The notes: generated from the sequence alone by a model not told the origin. Shown: positions 26,501 to 41,734, numbered from the stretch's first letter. The stretch: DNA of 64,000 nucleotides from Perna viridis (GCA_037379345.1 CM074516.1:46103626-46167625); one strand, 5' to 3'. Translations and numbers: made by a program.

Positions 26501-29500
26501 AGTTGAAATTAATGAAATGTCAACCTCGTGTATTGCAAGTTTAATATTTATCAACATTGTTGTTATATATTGAATTTATTGGTCTTGCTGAAGGTTGTGC
26601 ATGTTCTCATTAATTGTGTGATCCTGGGTGATTCATGGTAAATACACTGCAGGCAGTAACTGTTTTATACAGGAATCTGAAACTTTCTGAATGTTACCCT
26701 GCTTGCACTTCATTAATGAAGAAAAGATGCTTTCTTAACACACAACTTTTTATTCTTCTTCAAGGTATTGTTAACCTCCATTAAACTTCTGGAGTCATAA
26801 CTTAAGGAGATGAGTTATTTGTGTTTTGGGGTATTTTATAAGAAAAAATTTACTGTCATTGACACAAAAGAAATATTGCTTGTGTCAAATTTTGATCTGA
26901 AATGGAAACCTCTGCCAACTTTACAAACTAAGATTATAGGATCTCATGAAGAAAAAATGTAAATACTTAAGTACTATATGTATATCAAGTTAGGCTGAGG
27001 ATGATTGACTTTAACAGGTCACTACAGATCCAATAGTTATCCTTATGTAGGTTTTGTAGTTTGTAAACGTTATGTATTACCATGAATCACCCTTGATACT
27101 GGACTATGATCCTCATCCTTTAAATTACTGAAAATGTACATCAGATTTTATTAGATTTCTTTAATTTAGAAATTATGGCACGGATTTAAAACTGTTGGAT
27201 GGTAGTAATTTATGAAATCTTGCACTTGAATAAAACATATTTGTCTAAAATTTAATTTCATGAGAAGTGCCTTACTTGTATGGTTTTCTAATGGTTGAAG
27301 GAAACATACATATAGTTAAGTCAAAGCTAAAGAATGTACTCGTATGTTAATTTAACTATCAACATGTTTCTCTGTCAAAGATGGCATCTTAAAGAGGACA
27401 ATTTTGGTTGGGAATCATTTAAGTTAATTCCATAATAATCCACCCATCACTGACTGGTTTTACTCCTTATGTTATAGACGAATACCTGCATGTTGATATT
27501 AACTCCCTTATATTGATCCAAGGTCCTGGTACTTAATGATCCAGTAATTTAACCTTGATCCAGTAATTTAACCTTGATCTTTTGTCTTCAGATGTTTATA
27601 TGGTACATATTCTTTTAAGATTTAAATTTACCTTGGGGGTTTATTCTTTAAACACTTTAATTAGATAGCTTACATGTAAAACAAGCAAGGCTAAGAGGTA
27701 TTACATATTGATATTTTGAATCAAGTAGAAATTTAAGATAAGAGAATGAGATGATGTAGACAGATCAAAGCAGGGGAGGGGAGAAAAGGCCTATGCCATC
27801 CTTATATTCTGATAGATGATGTAGGCAGATCATCAAAGGAGGTGAGGGGAGAAAGGGCCCATGCCTTCCTTATATTTTGAAAGTGTGGTTGGCGACTGAT
27901 ATGTAGGGAAAACTAGAAATCACAGACCCCTGTTTGGGAATATTTGGATCTGCCACCGCTATGACTACAACCCTCATTACTATTTAGTTATACAGGTTTG
28001 GGCCAATGCTGATCCAAATAATCAAATGATCCTTACAGAACAGATTGACTTAAAAGCATGCTGCATTTGTCACTTGTTTTTTTTTAACAGCAGATTTACT
28101 GCCTTTTCTAGATATCAGTATTCGTTCAGTTAATTGGTCTAAATTGATTTTCAAAAACTTACTTTTTTGTAAGTAAGAAAGCTTTAAATTTTAGCCATTT
28201 ACAAAATCCTATAGTATCTGTAATGCTTATATACAAGTACATGTATATGCTCTGAGGGAAAAAGATGATTTATCCCAAGTAAGGAACCCAAACAGAAGAC
28301 ATTTACAAGTATAAAAGCACCAAATAACAATTTTATTGACAGGTTATATAATTACCATGAGACATTTAAATGTTACTGTTCCTTAAGATTTACTCCAGGT
28401 GATGAGTGTATTATTGATCTGTTCCTTGAGATGTGTACATTAGTATCAGTATTCCATTACAATAAGTTCCCTGTTCAGATAAGGAATGAACAAGAATTGA
28501 TTTCTGGTAGATCATATCCATTAAATGAATCCTCTCTTCATGTAACAAAATAATGTTTGGTATGATTAGGCTAGCACCTAATTTTTTTACTGATTTTATT
28601 CAAACTTTGGTGAATGGTTAGAAGCTTTAAAAGCTTAGACAGAATTGATTGTCACAGAGATCAGTAAAGGGGGGTCTGCGTTTTTGGAGGGAGACTGCAG
28701 TAAGTTAGAAATACTTTATTTACGCTTGATGCCTGCTTAGGACATCCACTTTTGTTTCAATTTCCTTCAAACTACAGTGAAGGTTTAGTAGTTTATAAAG
28801 CTTAGATAGGAGTGATTTTTACCAGATAAGTCACTTGTGGGAGGAGAACAAGAATTGAAGTTTGAAGCATGTAGCCTGGATGTCCCCTCCATTTTTTTTT
28901 ATAGGTTTTGTTTGAACTTTGGGGAATAGTTAGTAGTACAGAAGCTTTGATTGGACTGATTTTAACAGAAATTGGTCCAGTGAGCCACTTTTTGGTATGG
29001 GGAATTAATTCTTCCAAAGAGGGCAAATATGTGCTTGTGGTGTATTGGGAATTTGTTCACTTAGGTTCTTCAATTTTCAATATTTATAGTCTAAAGTATG
29101 GTCATCAAATATCATTTCTCATAATTCAGAGAAGATGAAAATCCATAGACCAAATATATTATAAATGATATACCTAAACTAACTCTTGGATAGAAGATGG
29201 CTGCCAGGTTAAAAAGGGACATGTAGAAATAAGAGAAATAATGTACTCATTGGGCAGGTTTCTACTCAGCTGTATTAAGAAAAACTTACAGTTAGTTTAG
29301 GTTTATACATTGCATATATGTTTGTCTTAAACCTATAGTATAAAGTACATGTAGGTTATGATGTTGAGGTAACTCATCATACTCATTGATCATCTGTTCA
29401 TGTCTGTTGGTGTATAGTTCATGGATGCCAGAATTCTGTTGATGTTGTTTTATAATGTATCAGTGCTTGTTTTAAAGCACTTCAGACCCTGAATTATTTA

Positions 29501-32500
29501 CTGGTGTATTTACACAGTGCTATAATCCTATTCTCATTGTTGTATATACCATATAAAGTGTTGGGCAATGCATGTATTGATTTATTTTAAAGTTTAAAAC
29601 TACATGTAAAGGAAACTTGAATACCAAATATTGATTCTTTCGTTTCATTTAATGTGGTTTAAATCAAAGACTTCCGATTTTAATCCATTGGCTATTGCCA
29701 GTATTTGTTTCCAGTCAATAATGTTGACTAATCATTTTGTTATTGTGAAGACTTGAAATTTGTTACATTGAAAATCAATTGAAATACAATTTTTTTGCTG
29801 ACCTTATAGTGAATATGTTTTAAGGTTAATTAACATGTGAAAGTGATATATTTTTAAGGGTCTATGTTTTCTAAAAAAAATGACGTATTGGCATAGATAT
29901 GATAGCATTAAAGACAATTTCAGCCAAGTGAGATAATTGAAACTTGTGTATGTTTACAAATTTTTTATCTGTTTTCCTTTTTTAAAGGTTTCTATTTTTT
30001 TGAAAGACAAAGTACAGAATAGTAATGGTAGATTTGTATTACCAACATCTGGAAATCTTCCTCATGGAACAGAAAATCCTGGTCTCATCCGGTTTGTTAT
30101 TTTCTGAATGTGAGGTTTATTGATAATAGGTACACACAGGAATTGCATACTACTCAATGAAACTGATATTAAAAACTCAAAAGATTACAAACAAAAGCGT
30201 CATACTAAGTTGTTGGTACAAAGGAGTTTACAGATAGCCTTATTATGAAATAATCAGGAAAAAAATCATGATACAATATTGACACATTAGAACAAAAATA
30301 ATATGCCAATGTTATAATATCATAAAGTTTGATAACCAACATGAAACAGAATGTTGGCTTATCCTATTATCATTTCAGTTTATTGTGCTATATAATGGTA
30401 TTAACATATCTTTACCAAGATACAAGGGTCAGATAATTCATTGTCTTCTAAAAATTTGTCCATTTAAGATACTACAATGAAAATGGCAATGAAATTAAAA
30501 CAATGCAGTTCCATCCAGGAGGGTCATACCAGGGGTCAAAAGGTGAAGGGTCATTTGACATGAAAGGCAACAGAGTCACTAAATTAGGGACAAATATGTA
30601 AGTTGTATAGAAATATAAGCATATCTCTGCAAAAATTTTCCAAGATATGGACCTTATTTGGGTGTAAAGTACAAATTGTGAATGGATACAAATTCCTGTA
30701 CTCTCTCAATTCAAGGAAATGAAAAAATGAACAAAACAAAACATTTCTCCTTTTCATATCAAAGTTCATGTAGAGTTCAGAATTTTTTGGTTACATTCAG
30801 ATTGTTACTTCCAGCTACATCGCTGGCTGTACTCTTTAAAGAACAAGCTCTTTTCTAAATTAATTCTCTTCAAGATTTGATGATCTAAAGAAACTTCTTC
30901 TGGTAAAGTACACTTAGTTTGTTTTTTTGTGTGAGTGGTGAGTTTTTTTTCCCTGATATTCCAAGGTGTGACTCCTATAATAGGTAAGTGAAAGCCATAA
31001 CTTGTTCTTATTTGGTCTATTTCCTTTTGTTTATGTATATTACATGTAACTTGTTTTACCTAATTTTGGATTGTATTTTTGAAGTTAAGAGTTTTTAAAA
31101 GTTTTTTTTTTTTTTTAATATTTTGTGCATTTCTTGTAATTTTTAGTGACATCAGAAATGTCTTTTATTATTATTCAAAGTTGAAATTGCACACATATTA
31201 TGCAGGTTAATGAGATTAGATGTGAAAATTTGAATTCATTTTAGATAAAAAATAAGTTTGTGTTCATTACAATATAAAACTTTTTTCATATCAAGTTAAA
31301 TGTGAAATTTACATTTTAATGAATATAAATAAGGTCAAATTTTTACTATTTTCTGCTGTAGTATTTAGTCATTTCAACTTTAAAGTTAAAGAAACATTTT
31401 TTTTAGGAATGGTATATATCTATAATTTACGGAAAAATTGTGTAATATCTGAAATACATGACAAATTCAGAAAGGATTCATGCTTCATATATGTTGTTGT
31501 TGTACTCATTTATATATGGACTGGGTCATTAGATTATTCTGAGGGAAATACTAGTATCAAGACCAACCAGTGTATAAATGAGTACATCACCATTATATAT
31601 GTAACCTAACATGAATTATTTTACACAACACATTCAAATTAATGGAGTAATTAACCATGTGTATATTCACCATTTCAACTTTTTATACTTCTTCTTTACA
31701 CAGTTCAGAACCCCATCTTTTTATATAATCAAATACAGCAGAAGTCACTATACAGATTTTAATTTGATCTATGATTTCTGCAGAAGTTTGGTGAGGCAGG
31801 TGGTGCTATAATTGAATAGGTCCCTTTCTCATAAATATTGCACACCATAATTTTCATTATAAATTTAACAAGTTTTGCATTGTAATTTACAGTAGAAAAT
31901 TCCATGTATAATATAGTAACAGTTATTTTTTATGTATTATATATGCTGATGTGGTTTTTAGGATACACGCAAATTCTATATTGTATCTTTGTTATTTATG
32001 ACTTTGTAGGTATTCGGTATCTAGACCAGTAGAAACAACAGGATCATCCAGAACAACAACCAGTTCAGATTTAGTATGTATCAAGACTTACTTCTGTAAA
32101 TGTTCGTATTTAGGATAATAGGATGTAGTGAAATATTTGATTAAACGATACTACTGCAATGACACAACTCAATTCAGTTTGTGGGAAAATGATTAGATAT
32201 TTGTGGGGGATGTTGATTCCTATGATTAGATATGTGTGTGTGGGAGGGGGGGGTTGATTCCTATGATTAGATATTTGTGGGGGATGTTGATTCCTATGAT
32301 TAGATGTGTGTGTGGGGGGGGGGTTGATTTCTATGATTAGATATTTGTGGGGGATGTTGATTCCTATGATTAGATATTTGTGGGGGATGTAGATTCCTAT
32401 GATTAGATATTTGTGGGGGATGTTGATTCCTATGAGGTTTCCTCATTGTTAGTGATATCATGGAAATTTCTTTTAAATAAATAGTTGTGTACAAAGCAGA

Positions 32501-35500
32501 TATTTATTTATTATTCAATTAAATATGACCTGTATTTTTTATCTTCAGTATAACTTGGCATGAACTTTAGATATTGCAAAAAATAAAATTGCACTCAGCC
32601 TTACAAAACCAAACCAAAGCAAGTTCTAGATTTCTATATTTATACATGTATGGATGTTATTTAACATCAGTATTATAACTTAAAAAATTCTAAAGCAGGA
32701 AACCTCCTTCTTAAAATTTTCTTAAAGCATGAGATTTACCCAGTTTTTGTATTTGTGACATGTTTTGTCAAGAATTGAAGTAATTCATTATGATTTTAAG
32801 CTGAAATTCAAATAATATAGGCAAACAGGAGATTGTTGAATTTTTCATGAAATGTCCGGAGGCTACCTCTGAAGACGACAGACTTGGGAACACACTTTGA
32901 TATATAAACTTAATACCATTGCAGGAATCAGCGACCCCAGACCCTAATGCTAAAGCACAATTAGACTTATTAGCTAAGTTAATAGGAGGGAACAATAGAA
33001 CTGGTAATAAAGCTGACATCAGGTTAAATCTGTTTAAAAATGATAAAGAAGAGGAGTAAGTAGATAATTTATTGAGAATTATTTATCAGCTACTGTATCT
33101 GTTTTTCATTGTTCTTGCTGCCTAATGTTTTTTATCTTGGACAACTGTGGTGATACAAAAAATTATTGGCAATTTCAGATGAAAATGTTACGTAAAACAA
33201 CTTTGACGTCATCAATAAACAGTTATGACAGTTTTGAATGTCTAAATATAAAGTTCACTGTGATATTTTCTATCTTGACTTCAAACCTAGTTATTCTGTA
33301 TTTAAGTAGCAGTCTTTATAAAAATCAGACAGAAGGTGATTCATGCATGCCAAAAACCCACCGAATTCAGTTTTATTTCTTGCTCAGAAACAGTTACCAA
33401 TCACATAACCAGTTTTAGTTTTTCATTTGGTTGTTGCACTTTTGAGATAAAAATTGCATAGATTATACATGAAATTTGCACTTTGCAAGAGTTATTGTCC
33501 TTGATTAGATTTCATTTGGTTGATTTTAGTGGAAGATAAATGCATGATTTTCTAAACAGAACAGATCTGAATGCATAAATGATTATCATTATGTGAATGT
33601 GTAGCATTTATAGACTGAAAAAAACATTGTTTGTTCGGTGGGTTTTTCTACACCATGAATCACTATACCATTGATAGGGTTTGAATTTCATGTGGACTGG
33701 TACTTAACAAGTACCTAATTATTGTATGTAGGGGAAAGTGATCAATTTCTCAGTTACAAGATCTGAGTGATATGGTAGTTGAGGTAATTAGGAAAATGTT
33801 GCCTTCCAAACAATGTGAAATTCACAAGAATAGTGATAATACCATAACTGTTGAAGTAATATTCCTTATTTTTGAACATGTTATCCTAAATTACCTAGTT
33901 TGCAGCAGTTAACACTTGCAGTTTATAACCTAGGTTGTAACTTGTTTGATCGATGGTAAAGGAAAACTATTGACCAAACTTTACGACAAACATGATGACT
34001 TTTCATTCAGAATTGTCAACTTTCCTTTCATCTGTGGCAACATCCCTTCGGCTCCTGTGTATGGAGTGTTCATATCACAACTCATACGTTATGCCAGATC
34101 TTGCCAAAACTACGCAGACTTTTTGTAATGCGCTATAACAAATAGGCTTCTGGAACAGAGTTATGTTGCTACAAGATTGAAGTCATCACTACAGAAGTTT
34201 TATGGCCGTTATCATGAACTCGTGGATCGTTATGGTGTATCCATCAGCACCATGAAAACTGATTTATTCAACGGGTCATAGTTTTCCTTCCCACGTTTGT
34301 CAACCCCGGACTTGACTTTTTATGAGCAACTCGGCGGGTGTTTCTAGAAAAGCAGAGGACGCTTATCCTACCGGTGCACCTGGTCCATGCTCCCAGTTTT
34401 TAGTGGAGTCTGAGTTGCTCATTTACTTTTGTTACTTTGTATGTATGATTTTAGTTACTTTTTGTTCTTTGTTGTGTATGTCTGTTTTCCATGTCTGGTC
34501 TTTGTCCCTGGATTACATTCTTTTGATTACCTCTATAACCTTGGTTCCCTTGATTACTCTTTCTAATGGATTCCTGCCTCAATGTATAGTATTGGTTTGT
34601 ATTGTTAGTAAAACACCATTTAGTTTGGGATTATTTGAATCACAGACTAGACCAGTTGTTAATGACATCGCAGTACCAAACCAAGTTACATAAAATTTAC
34701 TGGAAGAGACCAAACAAATTAGAAGGCTCGTTACAAAAAAATTAAATTATGGATAGGTTACTTATTTTGGCTCTTGAGCAGCACTCAGTTTGATCTTGTA
34801 TCAGTGTTTTGCACCTTTCATGCAGTGTGTGATTTTTTTTTATCTGAATTTTTTCATACTGTTAAAAAAGATACCAAAACATGTTTGACCTTCTAATTTT
34901 ATTTTGAATTTCTGCTTCTGTTTTTTTTTTACAGAGAAGCTGAAGCAGCATTGATGAAGCCATTAGAACTGTCAGAGTCTAAAGTAGTCAAAATAGATGC
35001 TTCTAAGGTAAGCAAGCTGTGTCATGTAAACATGTTAACTTCATATATTGTTTATATATACAGAGCTGTCATGAGTCAAGGAGACTTGTTAATTTCTTTA
35101 TACATTAATTCAAATATGAAATTTAGAATTTCATTACATCAGATGTGGGTTTCCTATAGAACAATGATTTTTTATTTCACATTAATAGAGAAGTGTCAGT
35201 ACAACAATGGTAATTAATCACAACAGAATTAGAACACATCACTCAGCTGGCTTATAATTGTTCAGCATGAATATCTATTTGTTATTAGAATTATATTGCA
35301 TGTTTAATATTGATTTGAATTGCAGTGTGATTCATTGAAGTACATATAAGTAGAGGAGGCAAAAGAGTTTTTATGTTATTTAAAAATTGTAAATTCCTTG
35401 AGTGACTTGTGATGTTTGTCTGTTTGTGTATGCATGCTTTTTTTGCATAAACTTCCAAAATATAGTTCAACTCCTATTCTTAGTGATTAACAATGTATGC

Positions 35501-36771
35501 AAGTTTTTAATCAGAAGTGGTAATTTAAATTCCACATACTGTTTGTCTTTATTTTATGGTTTTTTTTTCAGTTTTACTGATTTTTTTAATTGGAAGAAAT
35601 TCCAAGATTTAATATGGAGTTATACATGATTCTAGATACTTAATTTTACTACCCATATCTCTAGTGGACACTCCTCACTGAAGGAAACTCTATGTTGATT
35701 CTAGATACTTAATTTTACTACCCATATCTCTAGTGGACAGTCCTCACTGAAGGAAACTCTATGTTGATTCTAGATACTTAATTTTACTACACATATCTCC
35801 AGTGGACAGTCCTCACTGAAGGAAACTCTATGTTGATTCTAGATACTTAATTTTACTACACATATCTCCAGTGGACAGTCCTCACTGAAGGAAACTCTAT
35901 GTTGATTCTAGATACTTAATTTTACTACACATATCTCCAGTGGACAGTCCTCACTGAAGGAAACTCTATGTTTATTCTAGATACTTAATTTTACTACACA
36001 TATCTCCAGTGGACACTCCTCAATGAAATTCTATGTTTATTCTAGATACTTAATTTTACTACACATATCTCCAATGGACACTCCTCATTGAAATTCTATG
36101 TTTATTCTAGATACTTAATTTTACTACACATATCTCTAGTGGACAGTCCTCACTGAAGGAAACTCTATGTTGATTCTAGATACTTAATTTTACTACACAT
36201 ATCTCCAGGGGACAGTCCTCACTGAAGGAAACTGTATGTTGATTCTAGATACTTAATTTTACTACACATATCTCTAGTGGACACTCTTCACAGAAGGAAA
36301 TTCTATGTTGATTGACACATTAACTGTGTTCTACCTAATCATCAATAAAACAGAGGACACTATGAACCAAAAAAAAGTTTGTTCCCTCTCACCCTACCTA
36401 CCCATAAAAATTGGCCCATCCCGAATAATTTTATTACCATTCTCAGACAATTTTTTTTTATTTTCAAAGCAACATTTTTCACTTCTTTGATTATCATTTT
36501 AACAGAATCATATAAACTTTGGGGAGGGGAATTCCCTACTTACCTACCCAAGGTCAGGAGCAAGGGTTGAAAGGGAAACAAACACTTTTTAGAATGGCCT
36601 TAGTTAACAAATGTCAATGATAACATACTTACTTCTATTGTCTGCAGTATTAATTTTTTTCTCCAGAAACAGAAGAATGAAGAGTTGAGTAAGATTATGG
36701 GAGAACTAGCTGTTAATTCAAGTTCATCTAATGACAATGATGATCTACTAGATCTGATGGACCAAGCCTAA
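20565..36771 (+). CDS. OSCP1: OSCP1 (organic solute carrier partner 1), complete 10-exon CDS
   Basis: Exons 20565-20676 (MSCKTLPLLFINLGGEMIYILDQRLRAQNI), 22890-23044 (TVFDRLAHASIMRLNAASMDK), 24135-24302 (LYDLMTMAFKYQV), 25396-25476, 29988-30091 (VSIFLKDKVQNSNGRFVLP), 30469-30597 (GSFDMKGNRVTKLGTNM), 32010-32073, 32925-33055, 34935-35007, 36667-36771 (DDLLDLMDQA*). All introns are GT-AG and phase-compatible; AATAAA near 37322 and 37338. Confidence 0.93.
22143..22320 (+). repeat. Decayed copy of an abundant interspersed repeat (other copies near 50814 and 55016)
   Basis: aataggagatgtggcatgattgccaatg..gagaca is shared with 55018 aataggagatgtggtatggttgctaatgagaca. Confidence 0.5.
24653..24851. 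repeat. 28-bp perfect minisatellite, 7 copies
   Basis: Unit aacaatgtgacaataatgatgatagcct repeated without visible variation. Confidence 0.97.
26626..27092. mobile_element. MITE remnant with ~20-bp TIR
   Basis: gggtgattcatggtaaataca ... tgtattaccatgaatcaccc; no clear TSD. Confidence 0.55.
27749..27881. repeat. Diverged ~64-bp tandem duplication
   Basis: agatgatgtag(a/g)cagatca..gagaaa(a/g)ggcc(t/c)atgcc(a/t)tccttatatt(c/t)tga occurs twice. Confidence 0.7.
32189..32435. repeat. 33-bp minisatellite, about 7 copies, with G-run length variants
   Basis: Unit atgattagatatttgtgggggatgttgattcct. Confidence 0.93.
33334..33663. mobile_element. MITE remnant with ~30-bp imperfect TIR related to the 26626 element
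   Basis: ggtgattcatgcatgccaaaaacccaccgaa ... ttcggtgggtttttctacaccatgaatcact. Confidence 0.5.
33946..34560 (+). mobile_element. Penelope-like retroelement 3' fragment (RT C-terminus/thumb plus 3' UTR), possibly Naiad-type
   Basis: GKLLTKLYDKHDDFSFRIVNFPFICGNIPSAPVYGVFISQLIRYARSC..LKSSLQKFYGRYHELVDRYG, with an internal stop and deletion, followed by a GC-richer structured tail and a T-rich tract. Confidence 0.75.
35627..36312. repeat. 69-bp minisatellite, about 10 copies, in the last OSCP1 intron
   Basis: Unit tgattctagatacttaattttactacacatatctccagtggacagtcctcactgaaggaaactctatgt. Confidence 0.96.
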
Positions 36772-39700
36772 TACCACCTGCTGTTTGTGATGATAGTTGG
36801 AAATATTAACAGTGTGAAAAAGTGTACCATGTATAGTGTATGAGTGAATCATGTATGATGGTGACTGTTCATTATCAATATGCAGAGTGAATGAGAATAT
36901 GTTCTCATTTAGATTTATCAGATGGTTGTTACTAGGCTGAAAATCTGCTTTGTGTTTTTGAGGGAGTGTGACAATATGATTATCAGCTCTGTTGGAAGTC
37001 AGATCTGTTTGAAACATGACAATATGATGATCAACTTAGGAAATCAGATCTGAAAACAATTTGACTGCTTTCATGTGATATATGCCTTTACAAAATGTTT
37101 CCTTTTTTATCACACATGATATCATTCTCTATTCTTCCTATTACTATAGAGTCATTCATAACTACATTTCAGATGTTTATCTGTGATGGAACTAAATATT
37201 CATTTTGACTATTTTTGGCACAAACGATAATGGTTTTCATGGGACAGTTTGTCCCATTCAAGTGCACATGTACTTGAAAGTGTAGATGTGTGAAAAATCT
37301 ATTTAAATTTGAGAAAAATTAAATAAATTGATATCCAAAATAAAATGACTCCCACAGAGAATCCTATATATCATTAAACTGTGTTTCAGGATCTAGATTA
37401 AGATAACCTGCTTATAGATGCAAGATTATTAGATGTCTTAAGGAGCTTTATAAAATAGGGTTTTTTATGGCATCCATGGGGAAATATTTTGTTTCAGGAA
37501 CAACTGTAACATAAATAGAAGGTTTCTTGGATTAATTAAATATATTTTGTTATTTTTGATTCAGTTGTACTAAAAAGAACTGTATATCAAAAAGTTCTGT
37601 GAATGAAATGTGTCATTTGTGATTTTTTGAGTAAATTAAACTTGTTCGTTTACAATATACCAATTTCACATTCGCCATTTGTGTCAAATTTACTTGAAAT
37701 GTATGTAGTTAAATGCTATTTTCAAGGAACTGTTTTGGATTATTATCTTAAAATCACTTAACTCTCTGACAGGACATTTCTGCCTTGTATAATCTTGGGA
37801 AATCTGGCTGTTTATAAATTTTGTAGTACTAGTTAGGTGACCAAAATTACTTAGTAGTATCTTTTTTCATTATGAACAAGTATTATTAGCGAGCTCTACA
37901 GTTATTACCTGTGCTATCAGTATCTTAAGGTTCCCCAATATACCAACAGAAAAAAAGTCCCGGAAGTAACAATAATAGACTGCCCTTATGGAGAAAATTC
38001 AAGGTTTCCATGAATCAAATAAATGAAAAATATAGGTTAAGAATAAGTTTCAGTAAAAATTACTTCATCTTTTTTGATAGTTTTTGAGCTTTTTCTAATT
38101 CATTTTATTTATTAAAGAAGTGAATATGGTAAGTTTCAAAAAAGTTTGGTACAAACGTGGATGTACGTTCATGTATCTCCATTGTTCCAGTTGTCAAGAA
38201 CCTAACACTCCTCGGAAAAAAATATATTACTCAAATGTATTTTCCAGATCAAAGCATAGTCTTTCTAAGATAGGAAAGGTAATCATTTTCTTTTTTAGAA
38301 TTTACAGCTGTCAGTTGTGTCTGAATATAGTTTACATCACATGATATGTGTAAAATATTCCCACCATCTGTGGAGAACCATTCTATTTCCAATTACTGTA
38401 TAAATTAATCTGACCAGCTAAAACTAAAAAGTGATGTTGCTAGTAATGCCCTGAAGGATTAAAATTAGTAAAGTATGGCAAAGTGCTACTAAGTCATCAA
38501 CCATTTTGAAAGCAAGGGGAAAAATGGGGCTGGGATCTTTTTAAAAAAAAAATAATGTTCAAAATTTTGGAAATTAAACATTTTTTTTTACTCATTCGTT
38601 GAAAAAATAGTAAACCACTTCCCCCATTATTCTACAAGGCAGATTTTCAAATGAAAATATTGATATCACTTTTTGCTGAAAATAAATAAAAATATTTTGC
38701 TTGGAAAAAAATCTCATCCAACACCAACCCCACCACACCCCCTTTATGGCTTAAGGGTTTTAATGTCTTTGACTATTCTTACTTATCTCACACAGACAGT
38801 GCAAGTATGGTAAAGGTCACAGTGCTCACTGAAATAGGCAATGCCTATGCCATATAAAAAAAAATGTATAGGAGTTTTGTTACTTATCAGTTGTTTGTTA
38901 AGTATTATGACATATTCCTTTTTTTTCATCACATCAAATTCTTAAAATATACCTGGTTTGTCCTGCTCAGCTTTTTATCTGTTCAGAGTATTTTTTCAGT
39001 GCATTATGTGCCAAATTATTTAAGAGCTTATATGACTGAATAATTTTTTCTTCATTATTACTGTTGTTTTTCCCTGATATTTGGTGTCATATTGTGGTAT
39101 ATGACTTATTGTGGGATCCGTCCATATAAAACATATCACCAGTGGAGCTATTGTTAATCTGTCATGTTTGTATCATTCATTTTATATTTTTCCTGTCTGA
39201 GCATTTGTTTTTTTTTGTTTTTTGTTTTGTTTTTTTTATTATTTTAACATCTAGCTGTCTGTTATTCATTCACCCCAATAAACTTGTTACTTTATTTTAT
39301 CCTCGTTGACACGTTATTTTGAAGTGTTCTATTGTTTAAGTTCTCATTTTCTTAAGAGTTTCAAGTTTTACATGATATTGCGTAGGACATTATGTGTTAA
39401 AAAAAAGATGCATGTTCTCAAATTTCATTATGTACTCTTAAGCAATATACTTCTTCGACATAAATATAGTTTTACTTCGATATCTTAATTGTGTGTTTAC
39501 TTTTTTCTGATACTAGCTTTTTTCGAATTTGTACAAAGTGCACCTAAAAGTTGCCATTTGATAATGGTGTGATATTTTGTATCTCACTCATGTACGTGTA
39601 CATGTATAAAATGGCTAAGGATTAAAGTACAGTTACAAAATATTTTCATTTGTTGAATATGCACACCATTCTTCACTATTAAAACCTTCACACCAGTTAT

Positions 39701-41734
39701 TGTCTGGTACAGTTTAAAACAAAACCATATTCAAAAAGACAGTAGATGTATCGGTACAAACTGTGTATGATGTTTATATTTTTTGAAGTATTGATTTGAG
39801 TGCTTTGTTTTACTTTTAATGTCACCTAAATTTAGTGGACATCTCGACTTTTTCCTTTTTTGTGAATTCTTGACTGATGACAGTATTGTTGATCTGTCAA
39901 TCTAAGTACCTTGTAAACTATTTGTGAACAAATCAGTATCATACTACAAATTGGGATAGATCAACAAAGGTTTGGAAAATCTAGTTATCTGTTTTGTCAC
40001 TAAAGGGGTAAATTTACTAACTCAAGTTTCAGGCCTACTATTTTGCCAAAATTTCAAATTACTATTTGAAATTTTCTATTTGCCTATTTTAAAGCTAAAA
40101 TACTATCTGAATACTAATATACAGAAAATATAAGCTGTTGTGTCACAATTTAGTCACAAGGAGGGGACAAAACTATGATTGTACAAGATTTTCAAAGAAT
40201 TTTCATAAAAATGAGAGGATTAGGGATAGTTTTTAAAACAAAAATATAGAGCACAAGCTATGAACAACAAAATCTTTTGTCAGGAATTTTGATAGTACAC
40301 AAGGCTATTTTAGTATAAATATCAAAGAGTTTGACATGTGTGCTCTATATTTTCTACATAAAAAATGTCTCGTGAAATAAAGTATTGCAACATAATTAGG
40401 CTAAATTCTCTTATTTTGCTTTATTTCAATCTACAATTATAGTGCAACACATGCATTAACAGCAGTGAAACTTTGTTTTAAACAAAGTCACATATTCAAC
40501 TAGTGAATTATGCAAATTTCATATTTATTTGAAACACTTTTGTTTTTGGCACTGATTTTGATATTTTCTGAACATACTCCTTTGCGGGTATAACTTAAGT
40601 ACCAATATTCTGTAAAATGTATATTGTGATACCTAAATATTATACTACATTTTTAGCATTTTTTATTAAGATCAAAGGTTAGTTGCCAATTGGTTGTTTT
40701 TATTTTTCATGTAAAGCTACATTATTTATTTTATGTACTTCTGAGAAAACAAATAGAAGTTGATAAGAAGTAGCACCACCATCGTTGAAAAAATAATTCA
40801 TGTGTAACTTACTTTGTTTTACTTCTAAAGATACATTATTTTTGTTATATTTTCTTGTATACTGCAGTTTATTTATGGTAATTCTTATTTCTAATAAAAT
40901 ACAGAAAAATAGTAGTTCCTTCTTCAAGAAAGAGGTCTTGTAAAATGAAATTAAGTTCACTAAACAAATTGTCTCCCCTTAGTTACTAATGGATAGAGTT
41001 AACATGAAGTTTTGTTAAGTCAAATAAGAGTAATTTTAGGGTCAATACTCATATGTCATGGGTCAGTGACTATTTTTCTTTTGTGAAGCACCATCAAATG
41101 CTTTGAGACTTCTGCTTTTTTATGTTTGAAAATCCTCAATTGAAATGCCACTATTGTAGTTAGCTACATTATATTCAAAACTCCTTCACATATGAAAAAT
41201 AAAAGCACACTTTACAATTGTACTGTACCTTATATAATTACATGTACTGTGCAATTATTTTCTCAGCTTTAGAAATACTTAGCATATGTGTATGTAATTT
41301 TTGTGTCAGGACAATGTCATAAAGTGGTTATAATTGTACATGTACATGTTATGTTGCATGTGTGCTTAATTAACTTATGGGATCTATTCTTTAAAGACAG
41401 ATAATTTTTTACTCCTTTCATGTGGTTTTAGAGAAAATTCTATGAAAAATTTAATTAATGCAACAGATTCCAAATATCAAGACAAAAAGATGTCAAGAAA
41501 AAAAGTAACATGTATAACAATATCTACCAAAAACTAAAAATAATCATGGAGACAGAATAAAAGAAGAGTGAAGCAATATAATGACTATTAACTGAACATA
41601 GGGCAATAAAGAACAAACATAAGCTAGATTGTAGGAAGACTACAGATGGATATAGGATAGGTGGATCCTACGGATGCCCCTCCTTTATGCTTGCTAAGTT
41701 AAGATTATATAGTAAAAAAATGGAAATCACTTGA

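Noticed and set aside
34322-34693. 123-aa ORF MSNSAGVSRKAEDAYP...
   Set aside because: It lies in the 3' UTR of the Penelope-like element and runs into intron sequence.
35627-36312. Possible hammerhead ribozyme in the 69-bp unit (ctgaaggaaac)
   Set aside because: No CUGANGA-stem II-GAAA arrangement on either strand.
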